NCBI GenBank assembly: GCA_905178155.1
Contig: CAJINV010000002.1
Coordinates: forward strand, 5,575,709 to 5,639,708
Direction of reading: 5' to 3'
Source of the DNA: Amoebophrya sp. A120
Taxonomy: Eukaryota; Protista; Dinoflagellata
DNA length: 64,000 nucleotides
Shown: piece by piece, positions 21,558 through 33,700 of the stretch
Layout: each line of letters opens with the position of its first letter
Position numbering within the stretch: position 1 is the stretch's first letter
Program-made: the position numbers and the translations under genes
The notes under the pieces: model-generated
Seen by the model: only the letters and a program-made list of their open reading frames with translations
What the model was told of the DNA's origin: nothing
Database searches by the model: none

Positions 21558-24500
21558 TTAGCCCATCATTTGGCCACTGGGGATCAGCGCCATGTTCACC
21601 ACGGGCGGGGCCGTTTTCGGCGGAATGAGAAAGTTGGACCGGGCCTCGAGCCGTAACCGCCCACCTTTTCCGACGTTGTAATAGGCGAGCGTGCGGTTGG
21701 CGCGCAGCATATCGTATGTAAAAACGTCCCCGACCCATAGCCAAGTTCGAAAATCTGCAAGACAAATCAACAACCTTTGGCTGTTACGCATGACAAGCTT
21801 GGGCGAGCAGTGTACTCGTGTTTAGCTAGTGCGACAGCAACATCACAAATCCAGCACCTCATGCTGATTTGAGCAGCACAAATTCCAAAAAACACCTAGA
21901 AAACGCGTCCCATGGGGCTCCGGATGAGAGACATTTTAAGCATGCAGATTTGCATGACAGCTATGGGGTGGGGATGTCTTTCCACAGGATACAGCACCAT
22001 GTCGTTCTCCGCGTTGATAAATTTGACGCTGTCGGGCTCGCACCCGAGGGATCCGCAGAGCGACTGTTTTAACGCTCCGATTTTCGTGGTCACCTTCAAC
22101 GTGACCTCCAGCTCGGACGGGATGGAAATCTGCCCGTCGGAGGACTGGATGATTTTTGACTGCAGGTCCTTCGACACCTGAATGAGCAACACCGCGGGCG
22201 CGTCGGAATTTCGCAAAATGAACTCGGTTTCGAGTATCAACGTGTTTTGGATGGTCTTCTGTCGCTTCAGTGGGGGTTCCCCGTCGGACTCCTCACCGGA
22301 GTCCGGGGCCTCGTTCGTGGGCACGGCCACGCCGGTCGGGCCGCGGCGCACGCCGCCCCGGAGGGCGTCCGGGTTGTACACGGTGTGGGCGGGACCTGGG
22401 CGGAAGTTGTGTGAAACATCAAGTTAGTACTAGTAGTGCTTCTACGAAGTTCATAGATAGTGGTGCTCCCGTATCAAATCGTACTACGAGAAAAGAAACG
22501 GCTCGCATTTCTTTTCCTCGTCTCTGATGCATAATTAGTATCCTTACAAGAAAAATCGACTACTCCTGTGTACCTGCATCCGCGCCTGCTGCCCTGGCCA
22601 TGGCTTCCTCGTCTTCGTCTGCCGCCACGGCAATCTCCTCTTCGATGGTACCGAACAAATCGGGCCTCATGGCGGCGAAGGCTCCGAGGTTTGAATCCAC
22701 GTCGTTTATGTAGTAATTTTCTGACTTCGCCTTCTCCAACGCCTTATCCCGCTGCGTCTTGTACCTGACAAGGTATTATGAAAAAGAGATCACGATACAC
22801 GCAGTTGTGCAGAGACGTGGTCAAGAACAGTTTGTTGCTCATGCTCGAAAAATGAAGACCTCCTATCAATTTTCATACAGAGATAGAATTTCTTGTTGAC
22901 CTTTTCACCAGTCGTGAAAGTTGAAAGTCGTAAAAAGAGTTGTTTAGTAACATCACAAGTACTTTGGGTCCATCAGCAGAATCCTCATGTGGTCAGCCAT
23001 ATCGTCCGCGGCCACCATCTGCCCGGTCAGGGGACACACCTGCATCGCCTTGTTTTCGTTCCTCTCTCGTTTCCTCACGTAGTCGGTTCGGACCACGACG
23101 TTCTCGAAGTCTACCACGTATCAAAAGGAAAGATCCCACCGCCCCACATCAAAACGAAATTTCTGATGCTGGATTTGGATACACAAATCAAATTTGTGTT
23201 GCACTAGAGGAATGCACGCAGATTCTGAGCCTAGGCGGGGCCTTTTGGTGTAGGCGCCTAGCATGGTAGACGGCTACACTGTAGGTCTTATACCACTACA
23301 AATCGCTTGCATAGCGTGCTGGCGGACAGCATGAGTGTGCGCTCTTGCAAGACAGACCCGATCTGTGGTCACAAATCTGCATCACAAATTTTCGGACGGA
23401 TGCGTTTTCAATAGGGGGAGGGGAGATTTTTCCTTGCAATACCACGTTGTCTGGCACCACGATCTCTTCATCCAGTACCTCCTTCGCTCGACTGACGTTC
23501 GCCCCCGTGATATCGCAAGAAAAAAGTGCTACAGTTACACCTTGTGTTGCAAGACCGGCAACACAGACAACCTTTCTCATGCAGGAAATGCTTGGGAGCC
23601 TCGTTTCCTTCCTGTTTGTTTTCCCTTATGATCTTCGCATTAAAAGTTTTCTCTGCCATACAGAGAAAATTTGTGATGCAGAAACTCCAACAAATGTGTA
23701 ACTGTAACACTTTTTTCTCATGATACGTGAGCGCCTGCCCCTTCGCCTTTGGAATCGGCACCTTCGGGAGCTTGGTCTGCGGATCCAGCACCTCTGGCTC
23801 CTTGGGCTTCTCCACGACCTTCTTCTCCGGCACGGGAGGCGGCTGCTTCAGTTGCAGCTTCCCGGACGCGACGGTGCTCTCGAAATCGACGACGGCTGGG
23901 GTTGTAGTATTGTTGCTATCATACGTTTCTTTGTTCTCATCGATAAAAAGCGGTTCTAAATGCGACGCAGCAGCTTGCGGGTAGCACATCAAGTATGAAC
24001 CCATACAAAGACATTGACCTTCTTGTACGCGGCCCTAAAGTTGCAGATTCAAATCCATTTGCATGACAAAAAGAACAATTTTATAACCGTGTACATTGTT
24101 GTACAAATTAACCAGAGGAAACATGTAGACAAAGTACGTAAAACGTCCTCCCCGAGCGCGTCTGCGTCTAGCTCTTCGTCGCTCAAGTCCATTCTTTCTT
24201 CTTCCGCGATTACCTGAGGCAGGTTCATTTCCGGGTCCAGGGCCTTCGCGGCGCGGAGTTCCAATTTTCTGAAGTCGATCGGCGCTTGAAGTGGAATGAT
24301 GTCATCCTCCTCGGTGAAAGTGATGGTTTCTGCCACCACAAAATCGTGCCAGTCAATCGCCTCCATCACCGCACGCTCTTTCTGGTGGAGCACTTCCTTT
24401 GTCTCCTTCTCCCGCTTGGTCTTTTCGTCCCACCTGTGGTGACGGGGTAGTTATGAACAAAATAATTGGATCGGCAAACACAAGTTCACTTCTTATGATG

Positions 24501-26072
24501 CAAGAAGGAGTACTTCTACTTAACTGCCTGTGACAACATCATGCATAGGTATGCAAATCTTCGGGAAATAGAAATCGGTGTTTGTACAAAAATTATAGAA
24601 AAATCACACACATCAAGAAAACTACAACTATCTCGTACTGTACTTGAATCGTTCCACCGCCTTTTCGATGACGTAATTTCTGTCCGTCGCGAGTCTCCTC
24701 AATTCTATCAGGTGCTCCCCGTTTTGGTTTGTCGTTGGGTTGGTCAGGACTTTTGTGTAGGCGTCACACATGCCCGTGAAATAACTGAACAGGTGGTTCG
24801 TGGGCTTCAGGAATATGGATTGTAAAAATGTCTGGGTCTGGAAGAATACAACTTGTCATGCTAAATCTCAAGCATGCAAAAATCTGTGTTGCAGGATTAC
24901 CAAAGGTCTGCCAGTTTTGACCAAGTCGTGAGGGAGTTTGTCATGCAGGATAGGCATGAGAGAGATCGCGCAGCATCTGTCATGCTAGGTCCTGCATTCC
25001 AGACCTCATGGGTCATGGAAAAGCTCCATGACAAGTCGCGCACTCTTCCAGACCCAGAGATTTTTGCATTTGATAAGGAACTCAAACTGCGGGTTCCCGC
25101 CCTCTCGGTTCGCCAGGTCCTCCAGAAAACTGCCCCCGTTGCGCGCGACAAACTGCGCGGTCCTCTATCCTGAGTTAAAACGTCCCCACACCAGAGTCAA
25201 GATGGGCAATCTGCTAGACACATCTGTCAGCTTTTGCTGTTGCGCATGACAGGTTTGGCCTCGTAGTGTAATCCTGTTCAGCTTGTGCAGCAGCATCACA
25301 GATCTTCTAGCGCATCATGCTGATTGGCTCATTACAAATCCCAAAACACGACCAGAGAATGCCTCTCATGGGGCTCCGCATGACAAACATTTTGAGCATG
25401 GAGATTTGCATGACAACTCTGGGTTGGGGACGTTGTTACACAGGATATCACCTTGATGATGTCCATGTCAAGCGGGGCCATTTTGAAGTAGGGCACCGTG
25501 TACTCGTCCGCGGCTGGTTCCTGCACATTGGCGTAAAACGGCACTTTGCTGCTGGACACCGCCACGTGGGAGGTGTTCGTCGCGGTCTTTGCCAACTGCA
25601 GCTGGGACGGATCGAGACCCGCTGCTCCTGGTGCCGCGGCGGCCCCGTTCGCCGTGGCCTGGTCCGCGGAGGTGTCGTAACTCGGGTTTGCCGCGAAGTC
25701 CGCCAGCGCGAGAGGCAGCACGTTCGCGGCCTTGCCGCCCTTTAGCTTTTTCGCCTCCTTTTTCCGCTTTTTTTCTTCCTCCTCCCGCTCGATTTCCTGC
25801 AACGCGACGGGCTTGGAGGGCGCCACGCCACTTATCCCGTTGGCGAGCGAGTTGTCGTGGTTTGCTTTTATTTCCGCCAAGCGGTACTCGTAGTAGGGGC
25901 GGTACGGGTTGTTCTCCCGGAGAAAGGCCAGCTTTTCGTTGTTCTCCCGGAGGGCGCGCTTCTCGAAGTCGACACCGTGCTTCGCAACGTGGTCCGCCAG
26001 CTTCTCGATGATCCCCCGCATGTCGGGCGGGGGAAAAATCAGGTCCGAGGTGTCCTTCTTTTCCTCCACCAT
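21558..26072 (-). CDS. SF3A1: Splicing factor 3A subunit 1 (Prp21/SAP114), spliced
   Basis: SURP1 (IFPPPDMRGIIEKLADHVAKHG..FE..NPYRPYY), SURP2 (DIIK.TAQFVARNG..FL..FEFLKPTNHLFSYF), Prp21 motif IDWHDFVVAETITF, RPDLFG, and a C-terminal ubiquitin-like domain (TLAYYNV). Confidence 0.93.
21710..21991. mobile_element. IE family C intron (282 bp)
   Basis: DR CAGCA; joins NDMVL|RANRTL. Confidence 0.9.
23119..23441. mobile_element. IE family B intron (323 bp)
   Basis: B-type ends; DR CCACG. Confidence 0.9.
23511..23725. mobile_element. IE family I intron (215 bp)
   Basis: TATCGCAAGAAAAAAGTG...CACTTTTTTCTCATGATA; DR CGTGA. Confidence 0.9.
24814..25075. mobile_element. IE family A intron (262 bp)
   Basis: Same subfamily as 13083-13344; DR AGGAA. 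Confidence 0.92.
25166..25447. mobile_element. IE family C intron (282 bp) with diverged DR
   Basis: C-type TIRs; flanks TCCTC/TCACC; splits SURP2 IIK|xTAQF. Confidence 0.88.
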
Positions 26073-27237
26073 TTTTGCGGAATTTATTTCTGCTTTATTC
26101 AAATGGTTGCTCAACAAAAAGTTGCCAGAAATAAAAGAAGTAAAACCACTACCACAGTCGAAGATTCTGCTTTCCACACGTGGGTCGGAAGTATATGTCG
26201 TAGACGAGGAAGGCGTAAAAATATGTTAACTCCTTGTCTACGACCTTCCTACGTACTACTACACCGCAGGTCGCTACAGTTAGAGCAAAGTTGTCGCTGG
26301 TAATAAATATGGAAGTGGTTATCCTTATCGATCAAGCGAAATCTTCATTAGTGAAACATTCTGTTTCTTACTACTGTCTCCGTACCGCAGCCTAGTGAAC
26401 CAAATCGATCTACGGCTAGTACGACCTGATAAAATTGTGGCAACAGCTAAGCTACGGTTTTATTTACGAGAGCGGGTTGAACGGAAAATGAAATTTCGTT
26501 CATCGATAAGACACGGAAAAATTCATTTCATCACGTCCGCTATCAGATCCGCTTAATATTATGAGCACTCGTATTGGAAAAGAATCGCAAGCTGAAGTAG
26601 ATCTTGGAGTGTTTTTGCGTCGCAGGATCGACTTTCGAACCGTATCGGACAACTGCGGATCCATATGTGTTTGACTTTTTGCGTCTGATGACAAAACTTT
26701 AGGCTGTACATCATTTGCGTATCGATCAAGGTCATGAACATCCGGATCACAAAAGGTGTCATAGAAGTACGCAGAGGACAACTCCTGTACTAGCGAGGAC
26801 GGGGCGCTGTGGTGCATTGATATTTATTTTTAGTACTTTCGCTTTTTTCTACGCGCACCGACACGAATGAAATACGTAAAGCTAATATTTGCGGTACTGA
26901 AGGTTCTTTGGAACGACGAGCGAAAGAAAGCGATGCGCGACTCGCGGCTTGGTTTTCTGACATCATCCTCAGAAGTTTTCTGCGTTGTAAAACATTTCAT
27001 TTGAATTTCTTCATCTTGTTCTCAAAATTTTGCGCAATACCATATAGCATTTTCGCAACGTCGAAAAACTGCTCGAGCGATGAGTAAACGCATCCAGGAA
27101 AACGCTGACATACTCGGAACCGACGCGCCATCAGATTATGGAAAAATCCCCGCGTACAAAGTTACAGTACTATCGCGAGCCGCGTTGTAATATTGCTCCA
27201 CTAAAGGTTTATTTCATTTGATTTTGATGCGATCTCC

Positions 27238-29681
27238 TCACTGGTAAGGATTGTACGGCTGGCGCAAATTCGGGTTCATTTGGGCGACGTTTGGATAGTT
27301 CGGATTTCCCGTTGCTCCGCCCATGGCGGGAGACAGGTTCGGGTTAGGTTGGCCCTGTTGTTGCTGCTGTGGTCCAGGATAGTTGTACATCCCCCCCGAA
27401 GATATTAGTTGCTGGCCCGGCTGCGGCCCTGCGTACTGCGGCAGAGAAGCACCGCCGGGAACTCCACCCATCATCGGCACAGCTTGCCTGTTCGGCGGGG
27501 TCTGTGGCATGTAAGAACCTGTTCCCCCCGGCTGATGTGGCGGTGACTGTATACTACTGTTGTTCCCACCAATTGGCACCGCGTAAGCGTTGCCCATGGT
27601 GGGGGATTGCCGCTGGGTCGTCGCATTGTTCATATTGTAGTTCACCACGGGTGAGGGTTGATTTGGTGGGTAACTGTACTGCGCTGTGTTCCCGTACTGT
27701 TGCTGCACTACCGCGGGGGGTGGTCGGCTCATCTGCTGCGGCGAGTTGTACGAAGTAGACATCTGCTGTGCCTGCTGGTTACTGTTGTAGCCGTGCGAAG
27801 GCGGCCCACCTGTAGTTCCTGGCCCTGCCCGCATCATCTGCGGCCCGAGGCTGTGGTTGATGTTTGGTGAGGCGAAGTGCTGGCCGCGCTGTTGTAGTTG
27901 CGCTGGACCGTTCGAGTGATTTTTGCCGCGACCACCCGGAGGGCCACCTGCTGCTGGTGGCCCTCTGCTGGAGCTACTCGCGGAAAACGGGTCTTGCTGC
28001 TCCGACGATTCTATCCTTTGCAAAAGTTGTATCGCAGACCCGTCGTTATGGCAATACTGCATTATGACAAATCTGGTAAAAACTATTCAGCGGTACACAT
28101 TCCACTAATCACCTAGAGAGTCTTCTATGCATTACTTATACACGTAGTTGTACGATTCTACAGTACTACTTTTGCAATGCATACAGCCGGATTCCGATGC
28201 TGAGGAGGAAGTCTCTTCCCCGGAAGAGGAACTCTTCGCGGCTTGCTGCTGTTGCTGCACGTTATTTCTTCCCCGGTCGAAAAGTGACTTCTCTTCGCTA
28301 ACCGGTCTTTGCACGATCCTGTTTACGCCACCAGCTGTCGCCGTCGTACTCAACAAAGAACCTGCTGTGCTGTTCACTGTGACATTCATTTTAGTACTTC
28401 CCTCCAACGGCAAGGGTTTTTTCCCACCAGCACGAAGATGTTGTTGATCCTCGTCGGCGCTACTGCTGGTTTGGTTTTGCTCCGACGAAGAATTATTGTT
28501 TTCCTCCTTGCTCCTGACCAGACTGCTCTGTGCCACCACGAGCGGCCTAGCACTTGTAGTTGTACCCAACTGCGGAGCTCCTGCGGGTAACAGCGCGGCA
28601 GCTGGCCCGTTGGTCAACGCCAAAGTTTTTGGCGAGTACGGCTTCGGCTCTACCAAAGCGAGTTGTTGGTTGTGGTAACTAACCGCACTGCCGTTCTCCA
28701 ATGGTAAGAGCGGGTCGGGGGGCGGCTCCGGGGTTTTCTTCCTTCCGATGTCCATGATCGCAAATGGCGTGTTGTTCGTGTAGCTGTATGCGTGCGGCGA
28801 CCGCTGAGGCGAAGAAGATCCGGCCTGCCGTTCTTGGCCCTGTTGCTGCTGCGGGGGCATGCTCCCTTGGTTCGAATTGCTCGCATAGTACGGGGGTGCT
28901 GGCGGTGGTGCTGCTGACGCAGCATGATTTTGCTGCGCTGCTGCGTGGAAAGCAGTAGTTCCTGTCGTGGGCTGATTACTATACGCGGCCTGCTGGTTGC
29001 TATTCCTTTGTTGTTGAAAGCTGCGATAAAGCTCCTCCTGGACCTCCGGCGAGTTCTCGTACGCATTGGGGTCGAACTCGTCGGGACTCGGGGCATTCCG
29101 CATCTGCTGCTGCTGCATCGCGCGCTGCCGTTGCGCCTGCCCCAGCAACCCGATCAGCATGGCGAGGCCACGGATCTCCCGAGTGCCCAGGTACTCGAAA
29201 AACGGAATACCGTCGATGGACAGGATGAACGCTGGTCGTGTGGTAGTACCGTGTACTAAATGGGTCTTTTGGTTCTATACTTCTTCTACTTCACCAAAAC
29301 GCGACTCTCTTTCTCTCTAGAACAGAATGCGAACGCAGATCTACAAACACAAAAAAAAAGCATAAGCTATAAGTAAACCCGAGACATCAATTCCGTACCT
29401 GAATCCAGTTGCGCCTTGTAGTCTTTGTTTGGCGACACGCAGAGCAAATGGTTTCCCAGCGGCCAAGAGTAGAAAAACCTTGAGGACTGAAAGACCTGCT
29501 GTTCGTGCTGCAGAAAGCCGTTCACCCGTATGCGCTTTTTCCCCGTAAATTTTGTGTTGGTGAACACGATCTCCTGCTCCCGGTTGCTCAGCATTAGCTT
29601 CCAGGTGTACCGCTTTTTTGAGCTCCCGATCGTCTTTCCCACGTCCTCCTCTCGGTAATCGAGCAGCACGATGTCCGTCAT
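27238..29681 (-). CDS. Protein with N-terminal FAIM1-like beta domain and long Q/P/G-rich tail; spliced, no IEs
   Basis: YTWKLML..EQEIVFTNTKFTGKKRIRVNG...FILSIDGIPF resembles FAIM1-type domains; ORFs 29367-29681, 28132-29160, 27238-28062. Confidence 0.6.
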
Positions 29682-30709
29682 TTTTTTTCTCTTGTTGCTT
29701 GCTAACTGTAATGTTTATTTTGCCGTGCTGTGGTCAACAGACGAAAATAATTTGAACTCGCGGTCGTACAACAACTTGGTCTTCTGCCTAGAACGAGCAA
29801 GAGGTCTTCACTTCAAAGTAAGCTACGGCAGTAGCAACAATCTGAATCAGAAGTGAGTTAAGTGACTAAAGGTTACGTTAATCGTTACCGACAAAGTTGT
29901 GAAATGGAAACTAACTTGATCACGACGACCGCAAAGTTTCTACGGCTTTTTGCTTACACGACAGCGACTCCTTATCTTAAACGACGGATTGCGCAGGCTG
30001 CCTCTGCTGCGGTAATTGGCAGCACACTACGGAGGTGACAATGTAGTGTCTCTCAACTCACCACGTACACGATAGCGATGAAAATCTATCCATCGAACGA
30101 ATTTTTTCGATTATTCCACTAAATACTAAACGAAAGCCTTACATACGTAGTACACGACATCTTTTCTCTCGACGGAAACCAGCAAAGTTAGACCCAGAAA
30201 TACCATGAATTTACGCAGCACGACGTGCGTGCGCCATGACTGCGGCGAGTGGAAGATTGCGCCGCAATCCAGTTGGGCTGCATGAAAACTGCCGGAACTA
30301 CTCCAGCGGAACTCGTTTCGACTTATCACACCACGAACGTTAATTTTACAACCCTCACATAATTCCTTTTCGCCAGCACCTTGCTGAAGCATTATCCGTG
30401 AGCCGTAACAAGCGCTGGATCCGAATAGCGAACTGCTCGGTGAGTGTGATACTGTTCTGAAGTAGGAAGACCCTCGCCCTCCATCAATTGTGTATAAATG
30501 GGTTTTCTCTAATTTCTTCCCTTCGTAACGACTGCAGCAAGAAACGCGTTACAACTAGTGTGGTGACAATTTCTTCGGATTTAAATATTTCAGGCCTTCT
30601 CCCCACTTCCTTGTGTAGTAATTATGGAAACGCATACTAATATACTCTTCTTCTATACAAGTCGTCACTCCAGAAATTATTCACAAAAAAACCGAAAGCG
30701 CTCCCCCTT

Positions 30710-33700
30710 TTACGCAGCCGCCGGTGTGTTTTGTCGACTCCCCACGCCCGAACCGACTCCGCTTCCCGCTACCCCGGATCCGACGTTGCTGTCGCCGCCA
30801 AAGGGTTCCATAGGCTCCATCACTGGAACGAACGCCGGCAGATACAAATCCGCGTCCACGTTCTCCATCAGAAATTGGAACCGTTTCTCCAGCGCGTTTT
30901 CGCTGCTGATGCCCGATCCGGCCAGGTAAAGGACCGCGCAATCCTATCAAGTGCAAATAGGTCTGCTGGGTCTCGAAATTTGCGATGCGAGTCATCTGAA
31001 AGCAATTATGAGCTCACTGCAATTATTTTTGAGTGCCAATGTGTTTTGTATTCATCCGGATCGACCAGCGTCTTAGTTTTCATGACAATGGAAAAAAGGA
31101 TCTCGCCAGGCCTGTAAGAATCAGTAGAGGCATGCCAGACACAAGCATGGCAAATCTTGCAATCTTCTAGACAAAGACCAAGATGACAACATATTTGCGA
31201 TGCATAAATCAGATGCGAGAATAATGTCCAAAAAGGGGTAATTCAGGCTGTCGTCGCCCGTGCTAAGAACCCCACTGGATTCTGTGTATGCAAGAAAAAA
31301 CTGTGAGAGTGTAAGTCTGTAATGCAAAGCACGCCATACAGTTACACTTGCCATGCTGGCCACTCATAATGCCCTCTTTTCAAACGTGTTTTCACTTGCT
31401 AGCTGTGCATGACACGATTTTTTTGTCATGCAGAACAAATTTCTCATGCTGTCACCCCAAGACACCTACACTAACGCAGTTTTTTTCTGGGATACCGTGC
31501 AGGTCACAAATAGTTCATTGGAGAAGCCGAAAATCGGCTTCTTCAAGGGCTCCCGGAGTGCCTGCTGAGCGTAGGCCAGAGGCGAGTCGAAGTTGATGGG
31601 CGCCAGCGTGGTTTGGAGCGCGGCTGTGGTTCGCGTTGTGGTAGGAATGTATTCAGCTTGATGTTTGCACGACCCGAACTCTCTGCGTATCGGAGGTGGA
31701 CCTTGCGAGGACACTTCTAGCACTACTGCATGACAAACACACAAAGCCACGCACATTTTTCAAACGAAAAAATACAGCTTTCTAATTTCCTGTTCACACT
31801 CAACATCATACCTGGAACGCGCTCCACGTCGAAAGCTTTGTAGGCCAGCGGGGAGCCAAAAATCCTGAGATTTGGGTTCGTTTCCAGAACTGTATCCGGG
31901 ATTTCGAGCGGCGCCGTGGTTGGGGTGAATTCGTCCGGAATGGATAGAATCGGCGTGAAAGAAAACTTCTCGTCTTCTTCTTCTATCATCGTATTAGACG
32001 GCATCTTGAAGGACTCGGAAGGAGGTGCCTGTAATGATGAAAACGAATACAAAATTGCTGCAATTCCGCCGCAATTGATTCTTTGCACAACAAAGTTGTA
32101 AACTACGTCAACTACACCTGCACCTGCCTGTATCTTGCAGTGCAAAATATTTCCACAGTACTTGAAAAATTCTCATGCGACTATGAAACAGAAATGACCA
32201 GGTAAAGCTTTAGTACGCAGGAAGTACCAAAACGCTCTCCGCCGCCTGCCTAACGACTGCGAAGCCGTCCTCGATGCTTTTCGAAACTAAAATCCCATCT
32301 TCGACAACAAGCTGCTCCCCCACTAAACCCTTGAGCGCCTCATTCACTTTTTCTGTTATCATCGCCATCCGGCTCCACGCGTTGGTCGGCATACCTTGTT
32401 GCAGTGGAAAATAAGTTGCATCATAACGCAATAGAAACAATGAGGAGAAAAGGAAAACCATAGCTGTAGCTAGTTCAAAAATTCTATCATCTGCACTAGA
32501 GATACATCAAAACCGCTCCTCTTAGTATACTCGTCCGGCCTTCGATTCCGTTCGCAAACCCGCTCGCCTCGTCCCCAACGCCCTCCGCTAGCGCACTGGT
32601 CCAGGGAATCGACACCCCGACGAAGGGGGCCTTTTTTGCCCACAGCGGCAACTTCGGATTTTCCTCCAGCGCAGGCTCCTCGTCCGGCACCGGTGGCTCC
32701 TCTTCTCCGCCGTCCTCGGTATCGACTGCAAAAATGTCTGGGTCTGGAAGGGTGCGAACTTGTGATGCGTGTCGCGGATCACACAAAAATCTGTGCTGCA
32801 TGACTTGCAAAAGGTCCCCATTTCTAGCCCTGCCGAGAGACCGTTTCTCATGCAGAATAGGCATCACCAAGGGGCTGCAGCACCTGTGACGCTAGGCCCT
32901 GCATTCCAGACTTGGTGAGGCTTGGAAAAACTGCATGACAAATCTCGGAATTTTCCAGACCCAGACATATTTGCATTTGATACTCAGACCCCTCGGGCAA
33001 CTTCAGATACACGATCCCGCAAAAAAACTCGGGCAGCCGTTTGTCCAAAGTTTTTGGCTTCACCACACTGCTCACCTCGTTGCTCATCAGCAGTTCGAAC
33101 ACCGTATCCCAGAGAAAAAAGCCGGCAGGGCAAATTTGTAACGCAAAAATGAGTACAACACAGAAAAATCGGCCATGGGGGGCCCCATACCATGCAGTTT
33201 AGGATATGCAACACAGATTTTTTTGTGTATTTATTTTTGCATTACAAATGTGGCCTGCCTGCTTTTTTCTCTGTGATACACCGTTTCGCCGGAGTTGATT
33301 TTTGAGTACGCCTATCAAATGCAAAAACGTCTGGGTCTGGAAGAATTTGAGATTTGTCATGCTTGTCTGGCATGACCAAAAAGTGTGTGATGCGTGTCCA
33401 AGAAGAGACCCTTATGACCGGCATGCAAAAACGCAGTTTGTCATGCGAAAAACGCAACACAAAGAAGCGCAGATATTTCTCACGCTTGCCTGTGCATTAC
33501 AGAGCATTCACTATTCCCAACGCAGCATTACAAGTTTCCAGACCCAGACATTTTTGCAGTTGATAACGCCAGACAGAGATTCCCCTGCATCCGGAGACTA
33601 AACGACTGGTACTTCTGTCTTCTTGCGCGGCTGGACAGCGCGGAGTTTGTGCGGTTTGTCCCCGTATGCATTCCAAATGTAGTGTCTGGATCGTCTGGAA

